Source: Mobula hypostoma
Taxonomy: Eukaryota
NCBI RefSeq assembly: GCF_963921235.1
Contig: NC_086098.1
Location: forward strand, 7,626,001 to 7,690,000
Reading direction: 5' to 3'
DNA length: 64,000 bases
Below, piece after piece: positions 23,686 to 37,925 of the stretch. The notes under the pieces are model-generated. The model ran no database searches, was not told the origin of the DNA, and worked only from the letters and a program-made list of their open reading frames with translations. The position numbers and the translations under genes are program-made. Numbering within the stretch: the stretch's first letter is position 1; every line of letters begins with the position of its first letter.

Positions 23686-26600
23686 ATAAGACCATAAGAC
23701 AAAGGAGCAGAAGTAGGCCATTCAGCCCATTGAGTCTGCTCCGCCATTTTATCATGAGCTGATCCGTTCTCCTATTTAGTCCCACTCCCCCCCCCCCTTC
23801 TCACCATAACCTTTGATGCCCTGGCTACTCAGATACCTATCAATCTCTGCCTTAAATACACCCAATGACTTGGCCTCCACTGCTGCCCGTGGCAACAAAT
23901 TCCATAGATTCACCACCCTCTGACTAAAAAACTTTCTTCGCATTTATGTTCTGAATGGGCGCCCTTCAATCCTTAAGTTTTGTCCTCTCGTACTAGACTC
24001 CCCTATCATGGGAAACAACTTTGCCACATCCACTCTGTCCATGCCTTTTAACATTCGAAATGTTTCTATGAGGTTTCCCCTCATTCTTCTAAACTCCAAG
24101 GAATACAGTCCAAGAGCGGACAAACGTTCCTCATATGTTAACCCTCTCATTCCCGGAATCATTCTAGTGAATCTTCTCTGTACCCTCTCCAACATCTGCA
24201 CATCCTTTCTTAAATAAGGAGACCAAAACTGCCCACAGTACTCCAAGTGAGGTCTCACCAGCGCCTTGTAGAGCCTCAACATCACATCCCTGGTCCTATA
24301 CTCTATTCCTCTAGAAATGAATGCCAACATTGCATTCGCCTTCTTCACCACTGACTCAACCTGGAGGTTAACTTTAAGGGTATCCTGTACGAGGACTCCC
24401 AAGTCCTGTTGCATCTCAGAACTTTGAATTCTTTCCCTATTTAAATAATAGTCTTCTTGTTTATTTTTTCTGCCAAAGTGCATAACCATACACTTTCCAA
24501 CATTGTACTTCATTTGCCACTTCTCTGCCCATTCTTCCAATCTATCCAAGTCTCTCTGCAGACTCTCCGTTTCCTCAGCACTACCGGCCCCTCCACCTAT
24601 CTTCGTACTGTCAGCAAACTTAGCCACAAAGCCATCTATTCCATAATCCAAATCGTTGATGTACAATGTAAAAAGAAGCAGCCCCAACACTGATCCCTGT
24701 GGAACACCACTGGTAACCGGCAGCCAACCAGAATAGAATCCTTTTATTCCCACTCTCTGTTTCCTGCCAATCAGCTAACGCTCTGTCCACGTATGTAACT
24801 TTCCCGTAATTCCATGGGCTCTTATCTTGTTAAGTAGCCTCATGTGTGGCACCTTGTCAAAGGCCTTCTGAAAATCCAAATATACAACATCCACTGCATC
24901 TCCCTTGTCTAGCCTACTAGTAATTTCCTCAAAAAAATTGTAATAGGTTCGTCAGGCAGGATTTTCCTTTAAGGAATCCATGCTGAGCTCTGCCTATCTT
25001 GTCATATTCCTCCAGGTACTCCGTAACCTCATCCTTGACAATTGACTCCAACAACTTCCCAACCACTGATGTCAAGATAACAGGTCTATAATTTCCTTTT
25101 TGCTTCCTTGCCCCCTTCTTAAATAGCGGAAACAGTTGCAATCTTCCAGTCTTCCAGAACCATGCCAGAATCTATCGACTTTTGAAAGATCATCGCTAAT
25201 GCCTCCGCAATCTCCACAGCTACTTCCTTCAGAACACAAGGGTGCATTCCATCTGGTCCAGGAGATTTATCTACCTTTAGCCTATTCAGCTTCCTGAGTA
25301 CTTTCTCTGTCATAATTGTGACTGCGCACACTTCTCTTCCCTGCCACCCTTGAGTGTCCGGTATACTGTTGGTGTCTTCCTCAGTGAAGACTGATGCAAA
25401 ATACTCGTTCAGTTCCTCTGCCATCTCCTTATCACCCATTACAATTTCTCCAGCATCATTTTCTATCGGTCCTATATCTACTCTCACCTGTCCTTTACTC
25501 TTTATATACTTGAAAAAGCTTTTAGTATCCTCTTTGATATTATTTGCTAGCTTCCTTTCATAGTTAATCTTTTCCCTCTTAATGACCTTCTTGGTTTCCT
25601 TTTGTAAGGTTTTAAAAACTTCCCAATCCTCTGTCTTCCCGCTAATTTTTGTTTCCTTGTATGCCCTCTTCTTTGCTTTAACTTTGGCTTTGACTTCTCT
25701 TGTCAACCACGGTTGATTCCTTTTTCCACTCGAAAATTTCTTCTTTTTTGGAATATACCTGTCTTGCACATTCCTCATTTCTCGCATAAACTCCAGCCAC
25801 TGCTGCTCTGCTGTCTTTCCCACTAGTGTCCCTTTCCAGTCAACTTTGGCCAGTTCCTCTCTCATGCCACTGTAATTTCCTTTACTCCACTGAAACACCG
25901 ACACATCAGATTTCGGCTTCTCTTTTTCTAATTTTACAGTGAACTCAATCATGTTATGATCACTGTCTCCTAAGGGTTCCTTCACCTCAATCTCTCTAAT
26001 CACCTCCGGTTCATTACACAATACCCAATCCAGTACAGCCGATCCCCTAGTGGGCTCAACAACAAGTTGTTCTAAAAAGCCATCTCGCAGACGTTCTACA
26101 AATTCTCTCTCTTGAGATCCAGTGCCGACCTGATTTTCCCAATCTACTCGTATGTTAAAATCCCCCACAATTATCATAACAGTGCCCTTCTGACAAGCCT
26201 TTTCTATTTCCAGTTTTAATTTGTAGTCCATATCCCTGCAGCTGTTTGGAGGCCTATAAATAACTGCCATCTGGGTCCTTTTACCCCTGCTATTTCTTAG
26301 CTCAACCCATAAAGATTCTGCACCTTCCGATCCTATATCACGTCTTTCTAATGATCTAATACCATTTCTTACCAATAAAGCCACGCCTCCCCCTCTGCCT
26401 ACCTTCCTATCCTTCCGATACACCGTGTATCCTTGGACATTCAGCTCCCAGAGACATACATCCTTTAGCCAGGTCTCAATGATGGCCACAATATCATACC
26501 TGCCAATCTGTAGCTGTACAACAAGATCATCCATCTTATTTCTTATGCTCCGTGCATTTAAGTACAACACCATAAGACCAGTATTTGATACTTTTCGCTT

Positions 26601-26945
26601 TGATTTCATTGCAACTTTATTGCACTGCAACTCATCCCAATGGCTGCAAACTTGCCCCATCACCTGACATCTTTACTGCTCACTATCTTAGATTTATTTC
26701 TGTTTTCCCCTTCCTCCGCTCTATCATTCCGGTTCCCATCCCCCTGCCAAATTAGTTTAAACCCTCCCTAACAGCTCTATTAAACTTTCCCGCTAGGATA
26801 TTGGTCCCCTTCGGGTTCAGGTGTAACCTGTCCTTTTTGAACAGGTCATACTTCCCCCAGAAGAGATCCCAATTATCCAAGAATCTGAAGCCCTGCCCCC
26901 TACACCAGTCTCTCAGCCCCGTATTCATCTGCCTGATCCGACTCG
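23686..26945 (-). mobile_element. CR1 LINE with complete but disrupted ORF2 and ORF1 C-terminus
   Basis: ORF1 esterase-like end (LRDWCRGQGFRFLDNWDLFW...DRLHLN); APE endonuclease (YLNARS, ETWL, GDFN, SDH); RT in later ORFs with a frameshift and a stop. Confidence 0.95.
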
Positions 26946-28259
26946 TGCTTGACCTCACCAAATCGGCTTGGTGTTGACAGTGATCCAGCCTCGCACACGG
27001 GCAAGTTGATCTGGCATTGGAGCTCCTTTGTCCCACCTTCTCCCCTCCGAATCTCTCACTCCAATCAGGACAGCTCCTCCTCCAAGTGCGTCAGCTTTGC
27101 AGCACACCAGCAGGGCACGTCTCTCCAGTTCACTTTGCCCCCTCTCACCTCTTCATTGTTTGTGGTAGTAGTCTGTGCTTGTTTCTCATCGTTCCACATT
27201 CCTCTGGTCTACCACGAATACTTGGAATATCATATTCCCCTGTTTCCAGTTGGATTGTACCTTTAACATGCGTGGTTAGATGTGAACGGTCCATTCTTCA
27301 TGTAAAACCTCCTCGTCTCACCATTATACACCATTGCAGAGATTTAATCTCCTTCAGCGTCCACTACAGCTGATTTAATGGCTTAACCTTTAGTATATTT
27401 TACCAGTCCACTTCAAGTGTGAAACTTCTGTCCATAACAAATAATTATGTACTGTATAAGGCACATTATTTAGGCACGTTAGCAAACATACTGTTCCTAC
27501 GTGTTCAGGAATAATTTATCTGAATTCAAATAATTCAGGTGTAAGTGCATTAAGCCTTAGAACCACCGAGTCTGCAAAGGTCCATCCAGATAATTCAACT
27601 AGCTAATCTATATAAAACACCTGATGTCAGCTGAACATTAGGACTCATTAGGCTCTCGCGAGCAACACAAATCAATCCACTTGGGAGGGTGGGGTCAGAG
27701 GTCATGCAAATTAAACACTTTGATGGGCCCTTGTGCCATTAGGGGTAAGGGGCTAAATTCAAATTTCCATGGCAAGTGCAAAGTGGAATTATAAACGGAA
27801 GCAGTTTATTATTTTCACATGCACCAAGATACAGAGGAAAACATGTCTTGCCTACCGTTCACACAGATCAGATCATTACAGAGCGCATTAAGAATAAGGT
27901 AAACCATTAACAATGCAGAATAAAGTGTGAAAGCTACGGAAAGAGTGCAGCACAGGTAAATGAAAAGTGTAAGATTATAATGAGTTTGATTGTGAGGCCA
28001 ACAATCCATTTTATTGTACAAGATGTCTGTTCTGGAGTTTTATAGAAGTTGTCCTTAAGATTTGGTGGTACGTCCTTTCAGGTTTCCATATCTTCTACCC
28101 AATAAGAGAATGCCAAGGGTGGGTGGGGTTTTTGATTACGCTGGCTGCTTTCCTGAGGCAGCAAGATGTACAGATAGAGTCCTTAGAGGGGTTTAGAAGC
28201 TTTTGTAATGTAAAACCATTGCACATGGATGAGCAACACATACAAAGTACTGGAGGAAC

Positions 28260-29840
28260 TCCCAACAATGCTTCACTGCCAGCTGAGCTCAGCGCCTTCT
28301 ATGCTTACCTTGACCAACACATGGAGGGAACTTCTAGGACTCTCGGTCCCTGCTGACCATGTGATTTCAGTCTGAGGCTGTCACAATGGGGGACGCTGGT
28401 GGCGGACACAAATGCAAGACACAGACACTGCATTTGAGACTGTTCCCAATGCCCCCCCCCCCCCATTGTGACAGAGGCAAATGTGAGAGCTTCTTTCAGG
28501 TGAACCCACAGAAAGCAACTGGCCAAGTACTAAAGACCTGTGCTGATCAACTGGCTGGAGTGTTCACCGATATCTTTAACCCCTCGCTTCAGCTGTCTGA
28601 GACACACGTGCTTCAAGCAGGCTTCAATTATTCCGGTGCCTAAGAAAATCTGTTGTAAACTACCTCACTGACTATCGTCCAGAAGCAATTACGTTAGGAG
28701 TGATGAAGTGTTTTGAGAAGTTGGTGATGAAACATATCAACTTCCTGAGACGTCTCTTGATGCATTCCATTTTGCCTATCAGCACAAGAGGTCCACAGCA
28801 GATGCCATTTCTTTGGTTCTTCACTCAACTCTGGAACAGCTGGACAGCAAAGATGCTTACATCAAGATGTGCTTTATTACTACTGCTCAGCATTCAATAC
28901 CATAAACCCCTCAAATCTAACCTACAAGCTTTAAGATATTGGACTCAATACATCGTGCAATTGTATTCTCAAGTTCCTCACTTGCGGACCACAGTCAATT
29001 CAAATTGTGGACCAGATGTTGCCAATCTCCATTAGCATAGGTCCACCACAATTCTATGTGATTAGATCCCTGCTCAACTCACTTTATACTTGTAAAAGAG
29101 GCTAAACACAGCTCCAATGCCATATTCAAGTTTGCTGATGACACCACTGGTGTAGACTGCATCAAAGGTGACAAGGAATCAGCATGAAGGAAGATTGAAA
29201 ATCTGGCTGAGTGATGCCACAACAACAAACTCCCACTCAATGTCAGCAAGAACGAAGAGCTGATTATTGATTTCAGGGAGGAGAGCCAGAAGTCCATGAG
29301 CCAGTCGTCATTGAGAGGTTAGAGTTGGAGAGGGTCAGCAACTTTAAATGCCTTGGTTTTATCATTTCAGAGGATCTGCCCTGCACACAAGTGTAATTAA
29401 TGTTCCAAGTAAATTTATTAAAGTACATACCATGTCACCATATACAGCCCTGATATTCATGATAAAGAAAGCATGACAGCACCTCCACTTCCTTAGAAAT
29501 TTGTGGATATTTATCAAGACATCAAAAATTTTGACAAAATTCCATTGATGTGTGGTGGAGATTATATTGACTGGTTGTATCATGGCCTGGTATGGAAATC
29601 CTACAAAGAGCAGTGACCATGGCCCAGTGCGTCATGGGTTAAGCTATCCCCACCACTGAGTGCATCTTTTCCTCTGCTGTCACAAGAAAGCACCATCCAA
29701 CATTAAGGACCTCCACCATGCAAATCATACACTGTCAGTGCTACCATCAGGAAGGTACAGGAATATCAGGAATCACACCACCAGGTTCACAAACAGGTAT
29801 TACCCCTCAACCTTCAGGTTCTTGAACTAGAAGGGTTAAC
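28260..29840 (+). mobile_element. Rex1-like LINE RT (degenerate)
   Basis: [31 protein letters not shown] and KFADDTT motifs. Confidence 0.85.
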
Positions 29841-29904
29841 TTGAGTAGGGAACTAAGCATGCAGAATTGTGGTGCATTTGTGCTGATGGAGATTGGCGAC
29901 ATCT

Positions 29905-30930
29905 GAATTGAATTGAATTGGCTTTAACACTTACATCCTTCACATACGAGTAAAAATCTATGTTATGTCTTCGTCTGAATGTGCAATGTGCAATTTATAG
30001 AAATTTGTAATAAATAGTATGTACAACAGGACAGTCAATATAACATAGAAATACAATTGTATTAGTGTGAATTAATCAGTCTGATGGCCTGGTGGAAGAA
30101 GCTGTCCCGGAGTCTGTTGGTTCCAGTTTTATGCTGTGGTACTGTTTCCCAGATGGTAGCAGCTGGAACAGTTTGTGATTGGGGTGACTCAGGTCCTCAA
30201 TGATCCTTTGGGACCTTTTTACACACCTGTCTTTGTAAATGTCCTGAATAGTGGGAAGTTCACATCTACAGATGCGCTGAGCTGTCAGCACCACTCTCTG
30301 CAGAGTCCTGCGATTGAGGGAAGTACAGTTCCCGTACCAGGCAGTGATGCAGCCAGTCAGGATGCTCTCAGTTCTGCCCCTGTAGAAAGATCTTGGGATT
30401 TGGGGGCCAATAGCAAACTTTTTCAGCCTTCTGAAGTGAAAGAGGGGCTGTTGTGCATTTACACCACACAGCTGGTATGTACAAACCACGTGAGATCCTT
30501 GTTGATGGGTATGCCAAGGAACTTAAAGCTGTTTACCTTCTCAACCCCCGATCCATTGATGTCAATAGGGGTTAGCCTGTCTCCATTCCTCCTATAATTC
30601 ACAATCAGCTCCTTTGTTTTTGAGATGTTGAGGAAGAGGTTTTTTTCTTGACACCACTGTGTCAGGGTGATGACTTCTTCTCTGTAGGCTGCCTCATTAT
30701 TATTTGAGATTAGGCCAATCTCCTCCACAATTTGAATTGACTGTGGTCTACAAGTGAAGAACTTGAGGATCCAACTGCACAAGGTATTGAGTCCAAATTC
30801 TTGAAGTTTATAGATTAGATTTGAGGGGATTATGGCACTGAATGCTGAGCAGTGGTAATAAATGTATGCATCTTTGCTGCCTGGCTTTTCCAGAGTTGAG
30901 TGAAGAACCAATGAAATGGCATCTGCGTGT
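29905..30930 (-). mobile_element. Rex1-like LINE 3' part
   Basis: LNISKTKELIVNYRR, VNSFKFLG and HPNHKLFQLLPSG motifs; (TTCAA)n tail. Confidence 0.85.
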
Positions 30931-31739
30931 TACCCTGGATTTCCCCGATCTGCAGAATCTCTTGTGTTTAAAACATGGAATGAAAGGTGATTGTAGATTG
31001 AATTTAGATCACATGGATGGGGCTAGAAGGGACTCAAGAATCCTTAACAGACTCAGTATTCAACAGAGTGGAGCAACAATCTTGATAAAAGATATTGAGC
31101 ATTTTCATATTTTATTATGTAATTTAATATATGTCAGGAGATTGTAATCACATTGCCAAATGTAGTGGGCTCTCATTCACTTCTCATCCAAGGCCAACAA
31201 AAGTGCGCACTACAGAATGAGTCCAATTTCTCAGTGAGTTCCTGCTGTCAATTATATAAACACAATTGTCCAATGGCCTTTCAGACATGTATTCACTCCC
31301 TATCCCACCTCACCCATGACAAACATTGAATTGACACATGGAGAAGTGAGACTGCAGGTGTCAGAGCAACAAATAATAGTGTAGGGAGAGACCCTAGTAC
31401 TGACTCAGGATTGTGACCCAAATTGTTGTTAATTCCATAACACATTGGAACAGAATTAATAAGGTCATTTGGCACATCGAATCTGCTCTGCCAATCCATC
31501 ATGGCTGAGATATTATTCTTCTCAACCCCATTCTCCTGTCTTCTCCATGATGAACTAACTAAATAAGAACATAACCTCCAATTTAAATACATCCAATGAA
31601 TTGCCCACCAGAGATTCCTTTTGTCTCACTTTAAACTCCCACGCTGGTCTAACTCATTCTCTGTAAAGAACATGAAGACCGATGTTTATTCTGCTCTACC
31701 CCATTGCCAAGCTAATCTGTAACAGTCATGTGACAAGGA

Positions 31740-32218
31740 CATACAGACAGTACATAAAGGAGTGGAAGCCGCTGTGGTCTTCTGATGCTGTTACCCATCT
31801 ACTTTACTATGCATTCAGTGATGATCTTCTGCGCAACATTTTTATAAGTCATTGTTATTTGAGTTACTGTCAGCTTGAACCAGTCTAGTCATTCTGTTTA
31901 TTAACAAAGTATTTTCACCCACAGAACTGCTTCTTACTGGAAGTTTTTTGTTTTTCGCTCCATTCTCTGTAAACTCTATAGAGTCTGTTGTGTGTGAAAA
32001 TCCCAGAGATACTCACACCACCCTGTCTGGCACCAATGATTCCATGGTCAAAATTACTTGGATCACATTTCTTCCCCATTCTGATTAATCTGAACAACAG
32101 AACCTCTTGACCATGCCCGCATGCTTTAAATGCATAGAGTTGCTGCACATGATTGGCTGATTAGACATTTGCATTAAGCAGGTGCACAGGTGTACCTAAT
32201 AAAGTGGCCATTGAATGT
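31740..32218. mobile_element. Tc1-like non-autonomous element (second copy ~41420-41935)
   Basis: Both copies end in related Tc1-type termini (...TAATAAAGTGGCCA(C/T)TGA(G/A)TGTA). Minus-strand MGKKCDPSNFDHGIIGARQGGVSIS resembles a Tc1 transposase N-terminus. Confidence 0.75.
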
Positions 32219-33438
32219 ATCTATTTGATCCATCTTGGGGTGTTAAGTCACAAATAACACAAAAAAAATTAGCTGTCCTGGTCTGCAGCAATATTCAGTT
32301 AACTCTAACAGTGACAAATGATAATGTTCAGTCTCTGTGCTCAACTATCATTTGCAGGAACCCACCAGTAACATCTGTTATATCGCAAGAAAAATCCATT
32401 ACATACACAGAAACACTGCACAATATTCATTACTGCCCACTCACGGCAAATTTCACACACTATAATGGTAATAATTACTCACCCCTTGTCCTTTATCTAT
32501 TTGACTATCTTCACAGAATAAATACACGCTGTGTGGGAGTAGAACATTGTTTTAAGAGAAAAATTGTCACCTCAAACAGAACTATGTTGATATTTAAACA
32601 TACCTTTTTTTAATTTCGATATCAGTTTTTTTAGTCCAAGAATAAATCGATCATTCAAAGTGAATTTATCGAAGTATTATATGTCACCATATGCCACCTG
32701 AAATCTTCTTGCAGGCATTCACAGTAAATAAAGACATACAATAGAATTGAAGAACTGCACAATAAGAATTATGAGTAGCCAATGTGCAAAAGATGACAAA
32801 CTGTGCAAATACAGTACAAAATACAAATAACAATATTTAATGCTGAGAAGACAAGATATGAGAAGATTAGGAAATTTGACCCATTTGTCCACCATTTTAT
32901 CATGGATGATCCATTTTTTCTCTCAGCCTTCGCCCCATATCCTTTCACACCCTGACAAATCAAGAATCTCCCAACCTCTGCCATAAATATACCCAATGAC
33001 TTGGTCTCCACAGCTGCCTGTGGCAATAAATTCCACAGATTCACCACACTCTGGCTAAAGTTCCTCATCTCCATTCTAAATGGCAGTACCTTGACTCAGA
33101 GGCTGTGTCACCTGCTCTTAGACTCCTCCACCACATGAAACATACTCTCCACATCCACTCTACCAAGGCCTTTCACTGCTATAGGTTTCGTTGATATCCC
33201 CCTCTCCCATTCTTCTGAATTCCAGTGAGTGAAGCTCAGATCCATCAAACACTCCTCAGCCTTTCAATCCCAGAATCATTTGAACTTCTTTGAAGCCTCT
33301 CCAATAGGAGCACATCCTTTCTTAGATAAGGGGCCTGCAATTGCTCACAATGCTCCAAGTGAGGCCTCACAGGTGCCTTACAAAGCTTAACGTTACATCC
33401 TTGCTTTTGTACAACGTATGTTTCAAGTCCTTGAATAG

Positions 33439-35230
33439 TGTCAGTATGTTTGGGTATGACCCAAGTGCAGAGAGAGAGAAGCTGAAGCAGGTCGATAGTT
33501 CAGACTTTAATGCCAACAGTATTTTAAAGGAAAAGAAAACAATAAAGGCTAGCTAAACAAAGCCGTTAACTCGCAAATGGAAAGCTAGATGATAACACCA
33601 CGGCTGAAAGGAATATCGATATAAAACGAGTGCTGCCAGTCTTCAGCATTAGTCGACTCCACAATCCACTTTTCCCCAGGCAAGGCGGAAGACAAGTCGG
33701 TTACTTTGCTCAAGACTCCACCAGCGCCGCAACGAAAAGGGAGTTAAATTCAGTCATGATAATTAGCTGACACGTACATATTCACGAGCGCAGTTGCCGA
33801 ATCTGCAGCTCAGCCGAGTCCATGGTTGGGACAGGGTCCCCCTTCTCTTGGCACCGCAGACCTGTGACCGCTGGAAGTCTGGCTGAGAGACTTGTCCAAG
33901 ACATCCTTCCGGATCCAAGATCATCCTCCAGGACCATCTCTCTCCTAATCCGCAAGGTTCTGGACCTTCCACATACCTGACAAGAGCGCCGCACTGTACA
34001 GACCAAAGAACCATCTACCAAGCGGGCAGGAGCGGGAGGTGGGTGACCGGGACTAGCTTGAACTGGGAAACATGAGTGGATCTTCATTGATGCTGGCAGA
34101 CGCATTCTATACGAGACCTTCTAGACGTCCGTTTCCACTACGCATGGTCCCACATAGTGCGAATCCAATTTGCGGCTTTCGACTTTCAAGGGAAGATTCG
34201 TTGATGTCAACCAGACTCCTGGCTTGAAAGTCCTCACCTGTCGACGAAGCCGATCAGCCTGTCGAGCATGTTGTTTCTGGGTGCGCAGCAGAGAAGCCCT
34301 GGCTTCTTTGAGCAAGTGGGCTGCGGGATATCCTCCAGCCTGTAAAGTGTTGAAGAGGCTGAGCGGAGGTCCTTCTTGGAGATTGACCACATACGGAAGT
34401 TTTTATGCATCAGCACCAAAACGACCAATCTGGGTTTGAAATGCCAGCTCGTATTAGGTAATAAACATTCGGCAGGCATCAGAATCGCCAGAGTATCTGC
34501 TCGGTGGTGAAATACTCGGATCCTGTATGGACGCGGGTGTCTGTGATGGTCCAAAAGCATGAGTCAGAGTGCACGAGTGGGAACAGTAGTGGCAGGGGTT
34601 GTCAGGGCAGGAAAGGAGAATCAGCGAGATGCTGGGAGTGGGACTGAGGCGGTCAGAGGCTGCTGAATTGCTTTGGCAAGAGCGCTAATTGCTGTCTCCT
34701 GATGCTGGTTGTCCGCATTGAGTCTGTGGATGGCGGCTGTGAGAGCGGAAATCTCAGACACCTGACTCCGATTGTCTGTGGTGAGCTGCAGAACAGTTGC
34801 TGCGAGGGGTGATACCTGTTCCTTGAGATGAGACCAGGCTCTAGATCAACACCAGGTTATCTGCCTCATCGCTTCAGTAACTTCACTCAAAAGCAATTCA
34901 ATTGCCTGTAGTTTGCCTCTTCCAGGGCCAATGCCAGCTGCTCCCTCTGTTGGGACTATCTTCGTGTGGTCGAGACTTGCTGTCTGTACATTTGGATATG
35001 GTCCAAGTGTGGGGAGAGAGACTGCGAAGTGGGTCAATAGTTCACAGACATCGGTTCAGAGATGAAGTGAGTGAGGTTATCCACGCCAGTCCCAAAATCT
35101 CTGTATCTGGGGCGGGACGCGTGTGGAAAGACAGCGGCTGGTGCCGATATCTAAACTCTGGAACTGAGGCATAAAAGGGTTGCATTGGGATTTTTAAAGA
35201 GAAATCAGGCACTTGTAGTGATGTGTGTTG
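33439..35230 (-). mobile_element. Internally deleted Gypsy/chromovirus-like LTR retrotransposon
   Basis: 3' LTR ~33439-33833 (TG...CA) preceded by PPT AGAGAAGGGGG; integrase-tail motif VWLTSTNLPLKVESRKLDSHYVGP; chromodomain-like remnant; LTR U5-like end repeated at ~34981-35046. Confidence 0.75.
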
Positions 35231-36639
35231 AGCTTTGTCAGAATGGTCAGCTGCAAGGGGAGTACATATATTATGAAGATTATTCATACTCAAGAAGTTG
35301 TCTAACTGCATGGGCTACTTTCCAAAACACAACACAATACAAGTAGAGGACAGGTTTCGGTTTTTGAGTCTTCAACTTTGTCCTGAGCAGCAAAGGAATA
35401 ATCTTTATATTTGATGATAGTCTTGCTGTGCATTTCAGTATCAGAATCAGGTTTGATATCACTGGCATAAGTCATGAAATATGTTGTTTTTGGCAGCAGT
35501 ACATTGAAATACATAATAAAAAACTTATAAATTACAATGTACATGCAATAAAGCAGAGTCTGATAAGTTCTTTGTGAGGGAATGAAGAGTTATGGGAAGA
35601 GGACAAGAGTATCATGTTGAGAGGAATAATAAATCAGCCTTGATGGAATGGAGGAGCAGATCTGTTAGCCAAATGGGCTAACAGTACTCATATGTCTTAT
35701 GGTCTCATGGCCTTTTGGAAAGATCAGAATTAAATTATTCAATTTATTTAATTAAATACTATAAGAAGTGCAAAAGAACAATAAAGCAAAAATAGTGAGG
35801 CAGTGTTCGTGGGTTCCTTGTCCGTTCAGAAATCTGAAGGCAGAGAGGAAGAAACTGTTATTGAAACATTGAGTGTGTGCCTTCAGGTTTCTGTACCTCC
35901 TCCCTCATGGAAGAAATGAGAAGAGGTTTTCCTGGGTCCTGGGTGACGGCTGTCCTTAACGATGAACGCTGCCTTTTTGCAGCATCGTGTTTTGAAGGTG
36001 TCATCAATAGTGGGGATCACGTTCCCTGCTGTTCATGCGGTTCAGACAGTTACCGCTCTTATTTTTCCTTGTCATATGCCTCAATTTGTTAAAAGAATAT
36101 TGTTAGAGAAATGCGCTTGGCTTTATAAGTCATCATATGCAGAGTCAGGAGACTTTTACATACAAATGGTTTGTATATGCCATGATGCTAAAGATTCTTG
36201 AAAGCAGGGTAATTCATACTCAGCAAGAGCGCACTATTGAATAAAATGCTTGAAGGATGAGCTTTGAACATAATCTACCTTCATTAAATTTATTAAATCT
36301 TCTGATTAAAAATGACACACAAATATTTAGCCTGAAACTTATCTGTCTGGCAGCTCTAAATGTGCTTTATAGCTGTATTATAACATTTTATCTTGCCTCC
36401 AAATTTATTCCATTTGAAATGAAGTTAGGCGGCTAAGTAGGAAGCACTGGAGCAGAGCTCTGGTGCGTTTAGCATGACTAACTGGGAATGAATTTGTAGC
36501 CAAGTTTATGTTATTTGAACTTCGTGTATTAATGTCTTTTTCTTCACAGGCAACCATTTGCACTGGGAATCATTTGCTTCTTGGGGACTGAGGGAAGAAA
36601 ATGAATCTCAAGGTTGATACGGTGACATTGAAAATTGAA

Positions 36640-37925
36640 GTATCTTTATTGTCATTGCATAGTACAATTTGTCATGCACCAATACAGCGAAAATGAGTTT
36701 GCAACTCTCATACTCAATGCTATAAAACAACAAATAAAATAAATAAACAATAAATAAAATCAAGTAACCAGCCAGTACAAGCCATGTCTAGCAGTACAAA
36801 ATCACAACTCAGATGCATGACAACCATAAAACCAGTATTAAAGTAGCAATATAGCAAATTTATGGATGATGCTTGATCGATTGGTTCAGAGCAATTATAG
36901 CTCTGGGGAAAAAGCTATTTTTCAGTCTGGAAGTGCGGGCATAGAAAGTCTCATAACATCTGTCAGATGGAAGAAGTTCAAACAGATGATTGCATGGGTG
37001 TGTATTGTCCTTACAGATGCTTGTAGCTTTCCTTAGGCAGCGAGAGCTGTAGGTGTCCCTCCAGGGCTGGGAGCTGTGTCCCGATGATCTTCCGTGTGCT
37101 ACAGATGACCTGCTGAAGTGTTTTCCTATCAGCTGCTGTACAACTGAGATACCACACAGAGATGCAGTATGTTAAGATGCTCTCTATGGTGCAGCGGTAA
37201 AAGGTCACCAGCATCTGTTCAGGGAGACCAGCTTTCTTCAGCGTCCTGAGGAAAAGCAAGTGTTGCTGTGCTTTCTTAACTATTGTAGTGGTGTTAGTGG
37301 ACCATGTAAGGTCTTCTGAGATGTGCATTCCCAGAACCTGAAACTGGACACTCTCTCCACTATGTCTCCGTTAATGTAGACTGGAGCGTACTCATCATCC
37401 CGTGACTTTCCAAAGTTGATAATTAGCTCCTTAGTCTCTGCTGTATTAAGAGACATATTGTTCTCAGAGTACCAGCTCACTAAGTTCTGTACCTCCGCTC
37501 TGTACGCTGATTCACTCTGTTGAAAATCAACCCGATCACTGTTGTGTCGTCTGTGAATTTGACGATGGTATTGGTGTTGAATGCAGGTACACAGTGGTAA
37601 GTGAAGAGGGAGTAGAGTATGGGACTCAGTACACAACCTTGTGGTGTACCAGGGTTCAGGGTAGTAGTGGAGGACAGGTGAGGGCCCAGTCTCACTGCCT
37701 GTGAGCGCTCTGACAAGAAATTCAGGACCCAGTTGCAGAGTGATGAGCTGAGGCCTAGCTGGTAGAGTTTGGAGATGAGCTTGCTGGGGACGACAGTATG
37801 AAAAGCAGAGCTATAATCTACAAACAATATCCTCACGTGTGTGCCCTGTCCCTCCAGGTGTGTCAGGACAGAGTGAAGAGCTAATGAGATGGCATCCTCC
37901 GTAGACCTGTTTGCTTTATGGGCAA
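36640..37925 (-). mobile_element. Rex1-like LINE RT/3' end
   Basis: [29 protein letters not shown] and KFTDDTT motifs. Confidence 0.9.
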
